Shown here piece by piece: positions 63,452-64,000 of a stretch of 64,000 nt of DNA (its first letter is position 1; each line of letters begins with the position of its first letter). The stretch is from Octopus vulgaris. Its lineage: Eukaryota. Position numbers and translations under genes: made by a program. The stretch lies in NCBI GenBank assembly GCA_951406725.2, contig OX597823.1, positions 5,766,001-5,830,000 on the forward strand, given 5' to 3'. The notes under the pieces were generated by a model. It did no database searches, was not told where the DNA came from, and saw only the letters and a program-made list of their open reading frames with translations.

Positions 63452-63740
63452 AAATGGGACAAGAACGCAAAATATCCAAATAGACGATACAAAAAACACA
63501 GACGGGTCATTCGAAGCCATTAATCTTTAGTCAAGAACTGGATCATTCTCGCAATTTCGGCTGATATATATATACATATATACGACAGGCTTCTCTCTGT
63601 TTCCGTCTACCAAATCCACTCACAAGGCTTTGGTCGGCCCGAGACCATAGTAGAAGACACTTACCCAAGGTGTCACGCAGTGGAACTGGACCCGGGACCA
63701 TGTTGTTTGTAAGCAAGCTACTTACCACACAGCCACTCCT
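63163..63740 (-). mobile_element. SINE family A with a Penelope-like fragment (63447-63563) inserted in its internal (TA)n
   Basis: Tail 63163-63375, head/body 63580-63740; the insert resembles the fragment at 39147-39231. Confidence 0.85.
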
Positions 63741-64000
63741 ATAAAGCAATTAAGTAACAAGAATGTTCAGGTAATATCTTTGCTACTTATTTACTTTTTA
63801 TTCACCTAACTTCGGGCTGTGTGGACTATACCGAACTGGCTTGGTGCCTCAAGTTAAGTACTTGATTCAACTGGATCTTAATTATTTCTTTATACATATA
63901 CAGACATACACACACACACACACACACGATGATGATGATGATGATGATGATATATATATATATACAAACATATATGTACGTACCTACATCTATATGTTTA

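Overview
AT-rich, microsatellite-saturated eukaryotic DNA, intronic or intergenic. The repeat families resemble those of octopus or other coleoid cephalopods (inference, not confirmed). I can support no intact protein-coding gene: almost all ORFs in the track are translated (TA)n/(TG)n/(CA)n microsatellites or decayed transposon frames. The window is a layered mobile-element graveyard. It holds a dead hAT (Tip100/ZMYM1-DUF4371 type) transposase, two mariner elements, hAT-, mariner- and piggyBac-type MITEs with TIRs and TSDs, several RTE-clade LINE fragments, at least four tRNA-headed SINE lineages with shuffled heads and tails, and a probable solo LTR. The most striking signal is about 10 hammerhead-ribozyme-like motifs (CUGANGA...GAAA...NUH, with a very short palindromic stem III). 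They sit in short non-coding, (TA)n-associated, often palindromic elements of several unrelated families, which look like Penelope-like or retrozyme-like relics. One motif (9286-9378) has a fully intact core, and one fold-back element (32697-33069) carries a hammerhead on each arm inside a single 12-bp TSD. Coordinates were read by eye and may be off by a few bases.
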